A stretch of DNA of 41,571 nucleotides from a virus (taxonomy: Duplodnaviria; Caudoviricetes): positions 1 to 41,571 of the IMG/VR virus record IMGVR_UViG_3300012952_003517, one strand, 5' to 3'. The position numbers and the translations under genes are program-made. Below, piece by piece: positions 6,522 to 16,089 of the stretch; the stretch's first letter is position 1, and every line of letters starts with the position of its first letter. The notes below the pieces were generated by a model that was not told the origin of the DNA, did no database searches, and saw only the letters and a program-made list of their open reading frames with translations.

Positions 6522-9500
6522 TTAAGTTTCATATGGCGTGCTACTTATGACAGCCGTCGTCCCATCTGGAAACCTAGTTCTCGTCACCAGAAACACAACG
6601 CCGTTGATAGTTTCTTTTTGAGTAAAGTTCCCAACGTTTACCGAACTAGTAGGGGTATCATTTTCTTCTACGATATTATATTCCACTACAGATGCGTCTA
6701 GTATAATCTCAAAGCCACTTACTGTATAGCTTGTTCCTCCTGTAAACAGAATATTAGTCTTACCCCTGAATTCAATCGCCTCTTCGGGCACTGTAACTGT
6801 AATTTTATTATTTGAATTTCTTGTAAATTCTGCCGGCATAATTCCATTGCTTATATTATCAGGCGCTGCATTGTATGAAGGAGAGCCAAGGTCAGTATCT
6901 ATTTGACCACTAACAGTTGATAAATACACTGCATCCACATTATTTAAGCCAAATCCAGTAAATTCTATTTGAGAACCGGTAACTCCCCGACTTGGTCCGT
7001 ATCCGGTAACATTCATCCTTTCCCCTGTAATTATAAAATCTTCAGAAAAGAAGTTCACCTGCTTCTCAAGTCCATCTACCATATCAGTTATGAATAGTTT
7101 ACCCGTGCCTATGAAATCGTTTGGAACTCTTACTTCAAGCTTATTAAAAAATGTATTGTAATTTATAGGATCGCCCAAAGCGCCTGATCCGGTTACATTG
7201 TCTTCTATTCCAAAATTAGTATCTATGCGGGGACTAGCATACAGACCTTGAGTGCCTGAGATTCCCACTGCGGCAAAGCTTCCCGAAGAAGCAAGAGAAG
7301 AGCCAAAATTAACACCAGTTATACCTATCAATTGACCTGTAGAAATCTGATTGCTAGAGTTTTGCCCTGTAACGCCAGTTATTACAGGCAAAGGGTTGTA
7401 GGCAAATACCTCAACTATAGAGTCGTTATGACGCCCTGTTATTAAAATATTTTGATTTGATATCCCAGTCGGTAACTTTATAGATAGGACATCCACCCCA
7501 CCCGAAATGGCGTTTGTCGTAGTTTCAGGTTTTATTAGTCCGCCAGTTGGATTTTTAAATACTATATCTAGCCCAGTAACATTTTGGCCGCTAAAATTCA
7601 TGATACCATGAGGAACAACCGCCCCATCGTATCCAGAAAGCAGAGATATATTTAAAGGAAAAGGGCTATTAACTTCTCTAGAAATAAAATCTTGCAAAAT
7701 AAAGTCTCCACTATCCGGATTAACCCCGGTAGGCAAGATAAAAGACATTGTATTAGGGTTTTGAGACTCAAATACGTTCAAATGTATTTCCGAATGAAGA
7801 CCAGTGAATCTAATTCCAGTTGTTAAGTTAAGTCTTTCTCCGGTAATTGTAATGGTATCTGTGCCACCAAATATTTGATCATCGCTGTTGTAATAATACG
7901 GAACTTGACCAGTAACGCTCTTATAAAAACCACTTATTTCAGGAGCAGCAGGAGTTACGTTAAGAATCCCAGTCGAAGCAACAAACCCTCCGCTAGTATC
8001 AATATTTATTAAATTACTTTGTGTATTTTTCGGGATATCAAAAACAATACCCGTAAACTGATGAGGGTTACCCGCCGTAGGGACCTGCTCAAAATCTGTG
8101 ATTACTTTTTGACCTAGAGTCAATCCCGAGGGTTTTATCTTTTCAAAAGCTCCAGATAATATAACCCTCTCACCTTGAACACCACTAACACGACTAACAC
8201 CACTTAAAACTGGGTTGTTGAAACCTGTGAATCTATGCAATGAAGTTCCAGCTCTTTGATTAACAGCACGTATTCCGTAAGTGTTTCCAGTTTCAAATAC
8301 GTTTGGATAATTAAATACTATTTCAGTGTGGTCTGTTGAGTAACCGCTAACATTTAGCTTTTGCTGAAAATTAGCTAAAGCGAGTGAGCCATTACCACCG
8401 TATAACTGAACCTCTGTACCTGAATATAACCTCTCCCCATATATAGTACCAGTAGATCCGGGTAAAATGCCCGAACCTCCCGGTGAAATACTAGTAATTA
8501 CTGGCGTGCCATAAACAAAAAACGCGCTTTGTACGCCTACATTCCCAAAATGACCAGATATATCTAAATCTAAAAATCCTCCAACTGAACTAAAATTAGA
8601 CGTGTCTGGAATAACGCTCATCAAACTTTCTCCGGGTGTTACCTCAACAATTTGAACTTCTTTAAACTCTGTCCCTACGCCAACATTACCACCTCTATAA
8701 TTTAAACCGGTTATTCCATAAAGATTTTCCCCTTTTATAATTATGGAGTCTCCCCCAATTCCAGACTTTGGACTTAACGAAGTAAAAGTAGGGCTGCCTA
8801 TCCCGGGTCTAAATCTTACCTCATTAACATAAGTTTGCGGATAGTCGTCGCTAAAGAGGTCCACACTTTGAGTAGTTATCTCCACCCCTATCGCCACGTT
8901 GCCGCCAGAGACGTTTAAATTAATTCCAGTGGGGACATTACCCTGAATTCTATTATATCCACCTGCATCTCCAATTATCTTGAAGTTTCCCGTTTGCCCC
9001 CCTACTGACACTAAGCACCCAGTACCCAAAGATCCTGCAAACTCACCCGTATGAAATACTCCCGAATTGAAATTATAACCACTTATAGTCATAGTGCCCC
9101 CAACCTGAACACCCGGCGTTATACCGACTACTTGAGCAAAAGGCTCAAAAGAAAAATCCTCTGGAGCAAGATGAGGGATCCCACTTTCAAGAAGTAAATT
9201 AATTCTACCCCTTGTGTTTGTATACGTATCTCCGACTTGAAGTCCCGTAGGAACCGTAGCTTTTACCCCGGTTCCTGCCAGAGAAGTAAAATTAGTGAAG
9301 TTAATATCATTTATAGATACCCCAGTTACTCCGGAAAGATTTTGACCGCCAATAACTAAATCTTTACCCCCAAGCATTTGACCTGAATTTATACCCGTAA
9401 CCGCAGGGATAGGTACAAACCTGTTAGAGCTTTTCCCGCTTGCTAAAGAAGTGTTCCCCAAAGTTCCAGTCCTAATAGATGAAAAAACCGACACTTCACT

Positions 9501-9920
9501 ATAATTGGCCCCGGTAGGAACGACAGCTTGTATAATGTTGTCTGAAAGTACTTCAAACTCAGCTAGCTGGTTCCCCATTGTCCCCCCAAAATTAACATCA
9601 GTAACTTGGTAAAAATTTTCTCCAGAAATTTGAATTAAGTCCCCCGCTTTTCCACTAACAAACTCCGAAGATAGCCCGCTTACAATTAATTGACTATCGG
9701 AGTCAAGTACTACATACTGACTACCTAAGTCCAGCATCCCCTCTCCCACGGAAACAAATAAATTGTCAGTTGCAGCAGCTGCGGGTACTTTTCCGCTTAT
9801 CCCAGTGGTTGAAATATAAAAAAGCTCCTCTACTTCTTCTTCACCAAATAACACGGAATCTACAAAATTCATGTTACTACCACTTAGAACAAATAGTTTT
9901 TTAGGGTTGAAATCTGGCAT
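6522..9920 (-). CDS. Large virion protein with tandem IPT/TIG (Ig-like) repeats (1132 aa)
   Basis: Repeated P..T..SP.SG..GD.I.I.GENL..(V/I)T.V.F.G units (e.g. PTFTSLSPKSGIGGDSIIIKGENLYGITG; GYGPSRGVTGSQIEFTGFGLNNVDAV). Last gene of a structural operon. Confidence 0.75.
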   Translation of the reverse strand: MPDFNPKKLFVLSGSNMNFVDSVLFGEEEVEELFYISTTGISGKVPAAAATDNLFVSVGEGMLDLGSQYVVLDSDSQLIVSGLSSEFVSGKAGDLIQISGENFYQVTDVNFGGTMGNQLAEFEVLSDNIIQAVVPTGANYSEVSVFSSIRTGTLGNTSLASGKSSNRFVPIPAVTGINSGQMLGGKDLVIGGQNLSGVTGVSINDINFTNFTSLAGTGVKATVPTGLQVGDTYTNTRGRINLLLESGIPHLAPEDFSFEPFAQVVGITPGVQVGGTMTISGYNFNSGVFHTGEFAGSLGTGCLVSVGGQTGNFKIIGDAGGYNRIQGNVPTGINLNVSGGNVAIGVEITTQSVDLFSDDYPQTYVNEVRFRPGIGSPTFTSLSPKSGIGGDSIIIKGENLYGITGLNYRGGNVGVGTEFKEVQIVEVTPGESLMSVIPDTSNFSSVGGFLDLDISGHFGNVGVQSAFFVYGTPVITSISPGGSGILPGSTGTIYGERLYSGTEVQLYGGNGSLALANFQQKLNVSGYSTDHTEIVFNYPNVFETGNTYGIRAVNQRAGTSLHRFTGFNNPVLSGVSRVSGVQGERVILSGAFEKIKPSGLTLGQKVITDFEQVPTAGNPHQFTGIVFDIPKNTQSNLINIDTSGGFVASTGILNVTPAAPEISGFYKSVTGQVPYYYNSDDQIFGGTDTITITGERLNLTTGIRFTGLHSEIHLNVFESQNPNTMSFILPTGVNPDSGDFILQDFISREVNSPFPLNISLLSGYDGAVVPHGIMNFSGQNVTGLDIVFKNPTGGLIKPETTTNAISGGVDVLSIKLPTGISNQNILITGRHNDSIVEVFAYNPLPVITGVTGQNSSNQISTGQLIGITGVNFGSSLASSGSFAAVGISGTQGLYASPRIDTNFGIEDNVTGSGALGDPINYNTFFNKLEVRVPNDFIGTGKLFITDMVDGLEKQVNFFSEDFIITGERMNVTGYGPSRGVTGSQIEFTGFGLNNVDAVYLSTVSGQIDTDLGSPSYNAAPDNISNGIMPAEFTRNSNNKITVTVPEEAIEFRGKTNILFTGGTSYTVSGFEIILDASVVEYNIVEENDTPTSSVNVGNFTQKETINGVVFLVTRTRFPDGTTAVISSTPYET

Positions 9921-9921
9921 T

Positions 9922-10806
9922 TTAAATATTCCCTCCTGTAGTCCCGATTCCTATATTACCTTCTTGCCAAGACGAGTTAAAATAACTCGCAACGAAAACA
10001 AGGGTATCCTGTGTAGCAGCTTCGGTAACATTAATTGTTTGTTTTATATAATCTCCAACGGATGAAGCTAAATTTCTACCGCGAAGCACTCCAGAGCATG
10101 TAAAATTTTCTACTACTGAGTCATTTGAATTTTTTAGATCCACTGAAATCCTAGCGCTATTTCCTGAAACTGGTAAATAGCCCGTAGGACTATCAATCTC
10201 AAAATTCATATTAACAGTTTTTGGGCCAAAGCTTACTGAACTTGGTTTAGTTTCGTTCATCAAATAAACTGGCTGCACATCGCATTGATAATTGTAAGTT
10301 CCAGCTATAAAATTATCCACGGCCCCTGACAGAACCGTATCAGTAATTGGAATATAATGAGAGACGGAAGCGTCTTTAAAGTTCAAAACCTCTTTATCGT
10401 CAGGAGCCTGCTCTGTTGTTGGTTGGAAAACACCATCAAGCTGATCAAAGAATGATACGGATACGCTAGCAATAGCCGGAGCGTTAGGTCCAAAATTTAC
10501 TGAATAAGAAGTTAAGTATCCGCTGTCAAAATTCAAACCTCCGAAATTACCCGACATAACCTGACTATCTTTAAGAGGTATCTCACCTTGCCCCGTTATA
10601 AAAGATTTAAAGTAGTCAGTTCCTGTTAAATAATAATTAAACGAGAGCGTTCCCCCTACTCCGTTAGCGGGGACAAAATCTAAGGTATGACGTTGGAGTA
10701 TATTAAAAGATGGCTGTATATTGGCTTGTAACGAAAACTCAGCATTAGAAGCTAAAATTTCATTTCCATTAATCTGAAGTTTAGAGTTATTGGCTGTATA
10801 GAACAC
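9922..10806 (-). CDS. Minor tail protein, tail-tube-fold paralogue (294 aa)
   Basis: GTG start. GYLTSYSVNFGPNAPAIASVS aligns with FLSSYSSEGAVGGLPTVSVS of the major tube proteins. Two-half architecture. Confidence 0.6.
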   Translation of the reverse strand: MFYTANNSKLQINGNEILASNAEFSLQANIQPSFNILQRHTLDFVPANGVGGTLSFNYYLTGTDYFKSFITGQGEIPLKDSQVMSGNFGGLNFDSGYLTSYSVNFGPNAPAIASVSVSFFDQLDGVFQPTTEQAPDDKEVLNFKDASVSHYIPITDTVLSGAVDNFIAGTYNYQCDVQPVYLMNETKPSSVSFGPKTVNMNFEIDSPTGYLPVSGNSARISVDLKNSNDSVVENFTCSGVLRGRNLASSVGDYIKQTINVTEAATQDTLVFVASYFNSSWQEGNIGIGTTGGNI

Positions 10807-10807
10807 A

Positions 10808-11734
10808 TTAATAAACGGCTGTTAAAGATTTTTGAGTTCTGATTATATCATCTAAACCTACTGTTGCAGCTGTACTTATTTGTTTGGCATCAGTAACCCT
10901 AACAAACATTCCCGGATCGGCTCCTAAGTTACCGAGTCCTTTTAACTGTATAGCATAGTCAGCTGCAGTTTCATCATATTTTAAACCAGAGTTGAAAACA
11001 TCCTCTGAAACGTTTATAGATTCTGAAGCGTTAGTATAAAATGTTGTAACAGGAAACTCTTGTCCAATTTTATATATAGGAGTGTGGTTAAAATTTATTG
11101 AATAATCAGCACTATAAATCGTACCTGTGGCGTATCTTTCCCCCAACTCCGCGCTAGATTGATAAATAGTAGTATTTAAGCTTGACGGCATTGTAGTGTA
11201 CCTTCCGTGAGCGATTCCAGTTGCAATCGCATCGTCAGTCGGGCTTGTCCCAATACCCACATTTGTACTAACCCCGCTCAATCTTCCGCTTACAGGTAGG
11301 TAAGAACCTGATCCAAAAAGGGTAAAAGACGCACTAGAAGAAGAAATACTGTTAGCAGTTGTATTAAAGCTGTACGAATTAAGGAAGCCAATCCCACTTA
11401 CCCCGGCGCATTTTACAATAACACCACTCGCTTCTGAGTCTGTGGAATTTTTTATAGCATCAGCCAGATAATTAATAATGTTTCCTTTTCTGTCTGACCC
11501 AATTCCGATTTCGCCAAAAGATCCTGTGATTGTGGTTAAAAAATTGAAAGACATGTCTCCAGCTCTAGCTGCAGAAGGAAATTGACCTATTGGACCTTTT
11601 TTACCGACAGCGAAAACGGGAGCCTGTGAATTGTTGAAATTTATACTACAGTCTGTAGCTACTAGGGTTTCATTATAGTTTGTCCCTAGAACTCGAATCT
11701 CAACCGGAGCCTTATCGTAAAATACTCTTGCCAT
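10808..11734 (-). CDS. Minor tail protein, tail-tube-fold paralogue (308 aa)
   Basis: N-terminus MARVFY versus MARTRVIY in the major tubes; GFLNSYSF; internal duplication CSINFNNSQAPVFAVG / YSINFNHTPIYKIG. Confidence 0.6.
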   Translation of the reverse strand: MARVFYDKAPVEIRVLGTNYNETLVATDCSINFNNSQAPVFAVGKKGPIGQFPSAARAGDMSFNFLTTITGSFGEIGIGSDRKGNIINYLADAIKNSTDSEASGVIVKCAGVSGIGFLNSYSFNTTANSISSSSASFTLFGSGSYLPVSGRLSGVSTNVGIGTSPTDDAIATGIAHGRYTTMPSSLNTTIYQSSAELGERYATGTIYSADYSINFNHTPIYKIGQEFPVTTFYTNASESINVSEDVFNSGLKYDETAADYAIQLKGLGNLGADPGMFVRVTDAKQISTAATVGLDDIIRTQKSLTAVY

Positions 11735-11745
11735 AGCCTTTTTTG

Positions 11746-11754
11746 ATATTACAC
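11746..11754 (-). promoter_or_regulatory. Candidate late promoter GTGTAATAT
   Basis: GTG-TAATAT-CAAAAAAGGCT-ATG, overlapping the TAG stop of the upstream gene. Confidence 0.65.
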
Positions 11755-12611
11755 TATTTTTCCCTTAAAATGAAAGTTCTTAAATTAAAATTCACTGTTG
11801 CATTTGAATCATTACTTGCGTTAAAAGATTCTGACGTTAATAACATATTGTCAAAAGAGTACGTTAGTAATATATCGTTTGTATTATTTTTTTTCAAAGA
11901 AATTACTGTATTTTTGAAAATTGTTTCACCCGGAATCAGTCGCATATTTTTTATTTCATAATCGTCAGGCTGAATTTCAAAATTTACATTAACCTCAATT
12001 GGCGTGCCCGCTATTACCCCAGTAGGCGTATCTGAGCCAATTGCGTACAAAGGAAGGCGTGGAGTAGCAATATTTACGTTGAATGAGCTAACCCGGTTAG
12101 TCTCAAAAGTATCTAGGTTTATCTCCATAGACCCATAACTAGGGATACTTAATTCAGGGTTAGTTAGCCCATCACCATACTGCTGCCAAGAATCAAACTC
12201 AGCTCCTGTTCCAAAATTTCCATAAATCACAGAGCTAGTGCTACTTTGAGGTATTTGCCCGATACCACACGCTACAGAGTAGGTTTCTAAATACCCCTCT
12301 GTGAAATAAAATCTTTTATCCCCATGTTCCACTATACCACTAAATGGGAACGTTCCCGTAAAATTTTGCATAGGGTCTCTAGAGGTATAGCTAGAAAAGT
12401 CATCCACTGGGGGTAAAAAATGAGTCATTAAGGTGTCTACTGACAGAGTCGCTTGCTGAGGACCCTGTGGATAGTAATCTATAGTGCTTATACCTAAATT
12501 TCTTACAGGTTGAGCCACAGAATCGTAGGAAGCCGCCAAAGACTGTACTCCAGATATCCCGCTTCCGTTGATTGTGAGCTTTTCAGCTTCCCTTGTAATT
12601 CTACCTAACAT
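11754..12611 (-). CDS. Minor tail protein, tail-tube-fold paralogue (285 aa)
   Basis: GVQSLAASYDSVAQPVRNLG, GYLETYSVACGIGQIP, RVSSFNVNIATPRLPLYAIG and LLTSESFNASNDSNATVNFNL parallel the major tube motifs VQSANYSF, IQSYNLSFDLSRSPIQKLG and LDSQSFSSDIGSNKSVTLDF. Confidence 0.65.
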   Translation of the reverse strand: MLGRITREAEKLTINGSGISGVQSLAASYDSVAQPVRNLGISTIDYYPQGPQQATLSVDTLMTHFLPPVDDFSSYTSRDPMQNFTGTFPFSGIVEHGDKRFYFTEGYLETYSVACGIGQIPQSSTSSVIYGNFGTGAEFDSWQQYGDGLTNPELSIPSYGSMEINLDTFETNRVSSFNVNIATPRLPLYAIGSDTPTGVIAGTPIEVNVNFEIQPDDYEIKNMRLIPGETIFKNTVISLKKNNTNDILLTYSFDNMLLTSESFNASNDSNATVNFNLRTFILREK

Positions 12612-12623
12612 TACCTTATCTTT

Positions 12624-12632
12624 ATTTTACAC
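12624..12632 (-). promoter_or_regulatory. Candidate late promoter GTGTAAAAT (divergent pair, leftward)
   Basis: GTG-TAAAAT-AAAGATAAGGTA-ATG(12611). Confidence 0.65.
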
Positions 12633-12642
12633 TCTTTTTTCA

Positions 12643-12651
12643 GTGTATTAT
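12643..12651 (+). promoter_or_regulatory. Candidate late promoter GTGTATTAT (divergent pair, rightward)
   Basis: GTG-TATTAT with an overlapping TATAAT at 12649-12654, then AAAGGATTAAGGA (SD-like) before ATG 12674. Confidence 0.6.
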
Positions 12652-12673
12652 AATAATAAAGGATTAAGGAAAA

Positions 12674-13261
12674 ATGGCTAATAATAGTATATATAATGTC
12701 CCCCCTTTTAGGGCTTCAGACACTCATGCTAAAAACGATATTGTATTCGTGGCTGAGGAGTTTACTAACTCTAGCACCGATACCCCCAAAAACGTTAAAT
12801 ATTACTACGCTTTAAAGGATTTAGCCGCCAACACAAGCGTCACAGACACAACTTCTTGGGGAGGTATCACAAAAAGAACCGGCAATGCAAACATAGACGG
12901 GTCAGACACAATGCCTGAATTTTTATGGGTGCCTTCTTACAATATTTCTGTGAATTCTTCACCAAAATCTAATAAAATAGTTTTCGGAAATGGATATGAA
13001 CAAAGATTTCAGGACGGAATATACAACAATTTAATAAAATTGGATGTTTCATTCGAAATGAGGGGAGATCTTGAATCAAGAGCAATACTTCACTTTTTAA
13101 AAGCAAGAAAAGGTGTTGAAAGTTTTTTAGTCAAACATTTACCACCAATTTATGCAGATGGAAATTACAAAAAAAGGTTTTATTGCCCCAATTTTAATTC
13201 TCGTTTCACTTTTCACGGGAATCATTCCATTAAAGCCACTTTCATAGAAACTAATAATTAA
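12674..13261 (+). CDS. Lambda gpM-like distal tail protein with N-terminal extension
   Basis: FGNGYEQRFQDGIYNN, AILHFLKARKGVESF and FYCPNF...SIKATFIE match the gpM pattern. First gene of the M-L-K-I-J cassette. Confidence 0.85.
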   Translation: MANNSIYNVPPFRASDTHAKNDIVFVAEEFTNSSTDTPKNVKYYYALKDLAANTSVTDTTSWGGITKRTGNANIDGSDTMPEFLWVPSYNISVNSSPKSNKIVFGNGYEQRFQDGIYNNLIKLDVSFEMRGDLESRAILHFLKARKGVESFLVKHLPPIYADGNYKKRFYCPNFNSRFTFHGNHSIKATFIETNN

Positions 13262-13264
13262 AAA

Positions 13265-14599
13265 ATGCCAGACTACAGTCAACAAACACCAGCCCAAGCA
13301 AGGAATTCAATAAAATCCCTAAATGCGGAGCTTTCTAATTTAACACCGTCTTCAATGGTGACAATGTTTGAAATTGACATTTCGGAGCTGGTAAAAGATT
13401 CAGACATAAATTTAGCTACAGACGCTGCCGAGCAAGGAATATCTCAAGGTAATTATGAATCTGCAATTTTAAGATTTCATAACAACATCAAGGTTTTTAA
13501 TTCGACTATCGTCTGGCAAGGTAAAGTTTACTATCCGGCCCCAATTACTTCCGCTGGATTTGAAACTAATACAAAAGGATCCCTCCCAACGCCAACGCTT
13601 TCAATTAGCGTTAACAGCGAAAACGGCATAGATCAATTAGCTTTGCTAAGGTATGAAATTAGAAAAATGGGGGATATCATAGGAGCAAAAGTTACGAGAA
13701 AAAGAACTTTTGCAAAATACTTAGATAAAGCAAATTTTGGAACCTCAAAAGAAGCTCGAATATCCAAAGAAAGTAATATGCTCCCTGAAGGATATGAGCC
13801 AGATCCATACGCATACCTACCCGATGATATTTATTACGTAGAAAGAAAACAGACAGAAAATAAACTTAACATAGTTTATCAATTGTCTTCAGTTCTTGAC
13901 TTAGAGGGAACTAGATTACCTAAAAGAGTAGTTCTTTCAAACAAATGTGTTTGGCAGTATAGGGGCATAGGCTGTTGGTATCAAGCCCCAGCAACAAAAG
14001 AATTACAAACCTACAATTCTAACAATACCTCAACAGATGTCCCTATCCCGCTACTTAAAAAAGCCAGACTGAAGACTCTTAGATTAAGTGGCGATATTGA
14101 AACAAATGGAGGAGGTACAATTTCAGCAACGTCAAACGCTGCGGAAAAACTACAAGGCTGTGGAATGCTGAGGGCTGCCCCTCCCGTGGCAACTGATTCT
14201 AATGATGATATCCAAACAGAAGCACAGGGGAACCGAGATAATCAAGAGTATGAATTTGCAGACCAAGGAGAATATAACCCCCAGTTTAAACAAGCAAGAA
14301 CTACGGAGGAAGCTTCTCAAATGGGTTACAAAGTAGGAAATTACGTCTGGGTATTAAAAAATGGAGTTAAATACTATTACGTATGTAAAAGAAATATGGA
14401 GGAGGGTAATAACGTCAGCCCCCCTAATTCAGATTATTGGGTCGCAGATGAATGCTCTAAAAGTTTGACTGGATGCAGGTTAAGATGGGGGGCAAAAAAC
14501 AGAAAATCCGCAAATAAAGGAGGGTGTCAAATAAGTATGGGAGACTTGCCTTATGGAGGCTTTCCAGCGGCCAATTCAATTTCTAGAGGGCTAGGTTAA
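13265..14599 (+). CDS. Lambda gpL-like minor tail tip protein (Fe-S binding)
   Basis: Motifs GFETNTKGSLPTPTLSI, GAKVTRKRTFAKYLDKANF, CVWQYRGIGC (Cx8C), CSKSLTGCRLRW (Cx6C) and LPYGGFP. Confidence 0.92.
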   Translation: MPDYSQQTPAQARNSIKSLNAELSNLTPSSMVTMFEIDISELVKDSDINLATDAAEQGISQGNYESAILRFHNNIKVFNSTIVWQGKVYYPAPITSAGFETNTKGSLPTPTLSISVNSENGIDQLALLRYEIRKMGDIIGAKVTRKRTFAKYLDKANFGTSKEARISKESNMLPEGYEPDPYAYLPDDIYYVERKQTENKLNIVYQLSSVLDLEGTRLPKRVVLSNKCVWQYRGIGCWYQAPATKELQTYNSNNTSTDVPIPLLKKARLKTLRLSGDIETNGGGTISATSNAAEKLQGCGMLRAAPPVATDSNDDIQTEAQGNRDNQEYEFADQGEYNPQFKQARTTEEASQMGYKVGNYVWVLKNGVKYYYVCKRNMEEGNNVSPPNSDYWVADECSKSLTGCRLRWGAKNRKSANKGGCQISMGDLPYGGFPAANSISRGLG

Positions 14600-14602
14600 C
14601 AT

Positions 14603-15328
14603 ATGATTAGCGAAACAGTAAAAACTCAAATCAAAAAACATGCATTAGAAAGCTTTCCCAACGAATGCTGCGGGTTCACTGTTTTTGATAAAGGTAAACC
14701 AATAGCAGTTCCATGTAAAAATTCCGCCTACGACCCAGAAAAATATTTTTCGATATCTCCTCAGGATTATCTTAAAATTAGTAACCGTTTTGCGATTTCG
14801 GCGGTTTATCACTCCCATCCAGCCGGGAAGTCAAAATTTTCCCCTTATGACATCATCAATAGCAAGGGGCATATGATAAATTACATCATGTACAATGTTG
14901 AAAAAGATAATTTTATTTTTTATGACCCAAGTAAGGATAAAACTTTTATCGACTACAAAGAATACAGAGCAGGGTCAGCTGATTGTTATACTTTTGTACA
15001 GGATTACTTTAAAGAACTTAACATAACTTTAAAAGACATAGAGTACACAAGAGAAGAAGACTGGCATGAACGAAGGCCTAACCTAGCTAGAGATGTTATG
15101 AAAGTCAATCCTGAGCTTAAAAAACAAAAAGACGGATGCGCTATGAAAAAACATGATTTCCTTCTCCTTTCAATGATAAAAGGAAAAACAATAAACCATG
15201 CGGCAGTTTATATCGGTGACAATAAAATTATCCATAGACCTCGTAATAAATTTGTCACGATAGAAAAGTTAACACCACAAAAAAGACGTAAGATTACCGA
15301 AATTTACAGACATGAACAACTTAACTAA
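14603..15328 (+). CDS. Lambda gpK-like tail assembly protein (JAB/MPN + NlpC/P60)
   Basis: JAB motifs FPNECCGF and YHSHP...SPYD; NlpC/P60 motifs ADCYTFVQDYF and NHAAVYIG..IIH. Confidence 0.92.
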   Translation: MISETVKTQIKKHALESFPNECCGFTVFDKGKPIAVPCKNSAYDPEKYFSISPQDYLKISNRFAISAVYHSHPAGKSKFSPYDIINSKGHMINYIMYNVEKDNFIFYDPSKDKTFIDYKEYRAGSADCYTFVQDYFKELNITLKDIEYTREEDWHERRPNLARDVMKVNPELKKQKDGCAMKKHDFLLLSMIKGKTINHAAVYIGDNKIIHRPRNKFVTIEKLTPQKRRKITEIYRHEQLN

Positions 15329-16070
15329 TATAAAATTTCACGGAGTATTGGTCGAGCAGCTAGGTAGATCAGAATGGAAACTAGCTGTAAATAGCGTGTC
15401 CGAGGCTTTAAGAGCTATTGAGTCAAAAACAAAAAAACTTTATAGATCTTTTCTAGAAAACGATAAGAAAAACATTCGATATAGAGTTTTAATTAATGAA
15501 AGAGACGTAGCATTTGAAGAGGGTAAAGATCCTAACACTATAGAAGGATTAAGCTCATCCGAAATGTTAATGAACATAAGCAATTTAAAAACAATAGACA
15601 TTGTACCTGTTCTTGAGGGAGCTAGGGACATCGTAGGGATACTTGTTGGAGTAGCTATGGTTGCGAGTGGCATCGGGATGGCTGGAGGTTTTGCGGGGCT
15701 AATGGCTGGTCAAGGCGGAATGATGGCTGGAGCTTTGGTAATGGGAGGAGTAGGGCTTATTGCCGCTGGAATTACCAACCTCTTAACACCTATGCCAAAA
15801 TTTGGAGACTTCAGGGAAATAGAACAAGGAGGATCAAGGTCATACCTGTTTAATGGGCCAGAAAACACTATACGAGAAGGCGGTCCCGTATTTGTTGGTT
15901 ATGGACGCCTTTTAGTAGGAAGTCACGTAATTCAAAGTGCTAGCGACACCATCGATATTAACGCTGACGTAGTTCCTAAAGACACTTGGGGTAACCCAAG
16001 TTATGGACTTAAGTACAACTTTAACCCAAGAATACCAATCAATGTAAGGAATTGGGATGAGGAAGAATAA
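15312..16070 (+). CDS. Lambda gpI-like tail assembly protein
   Basis: Ubiquitin-like N-terminus (IKFHGVL...SVSEALRAI...IDIVPVLEGA), a Gly-rich hydrophobic segment, and SYLFNGPENTIREGGPVFVGYGRLLVGSHVI. Confidence 0.9.
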   Translation: MNNLTNIKFHGVLVEQLGRSEWKLAVNSVSEALRAIESKTKKLYRSFLENDKKNIRYRVLINERDVAFEEGKDPNTIEGLSSSEMLMNISNLKTIDIVPVLEGARDIVGILVGVAMVASGIGMAGGFAGLMAGQGGMMAGALVMGGVGLIAAGITNLLTPMPKFGDFREIEQGGSRSYLFNGPENTIREGGPVFVGYGRLLVGSHVIQSASDTIDINADVVPKDTWGNPSYGLKYNFNPRIPINVRNWDEEE

Positions 16071-16089
16071 AATATAAAGGATTAATAAT

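Noticed and set aside
14603-16070. JAB protease plus ubiquitin-like gene as a bacterial ubiquitination-type defence or anti-defence system
   Set aside because: These are the ordinary lambda gpK/gpI tail assembly genes in canonical L-K-I-J order.
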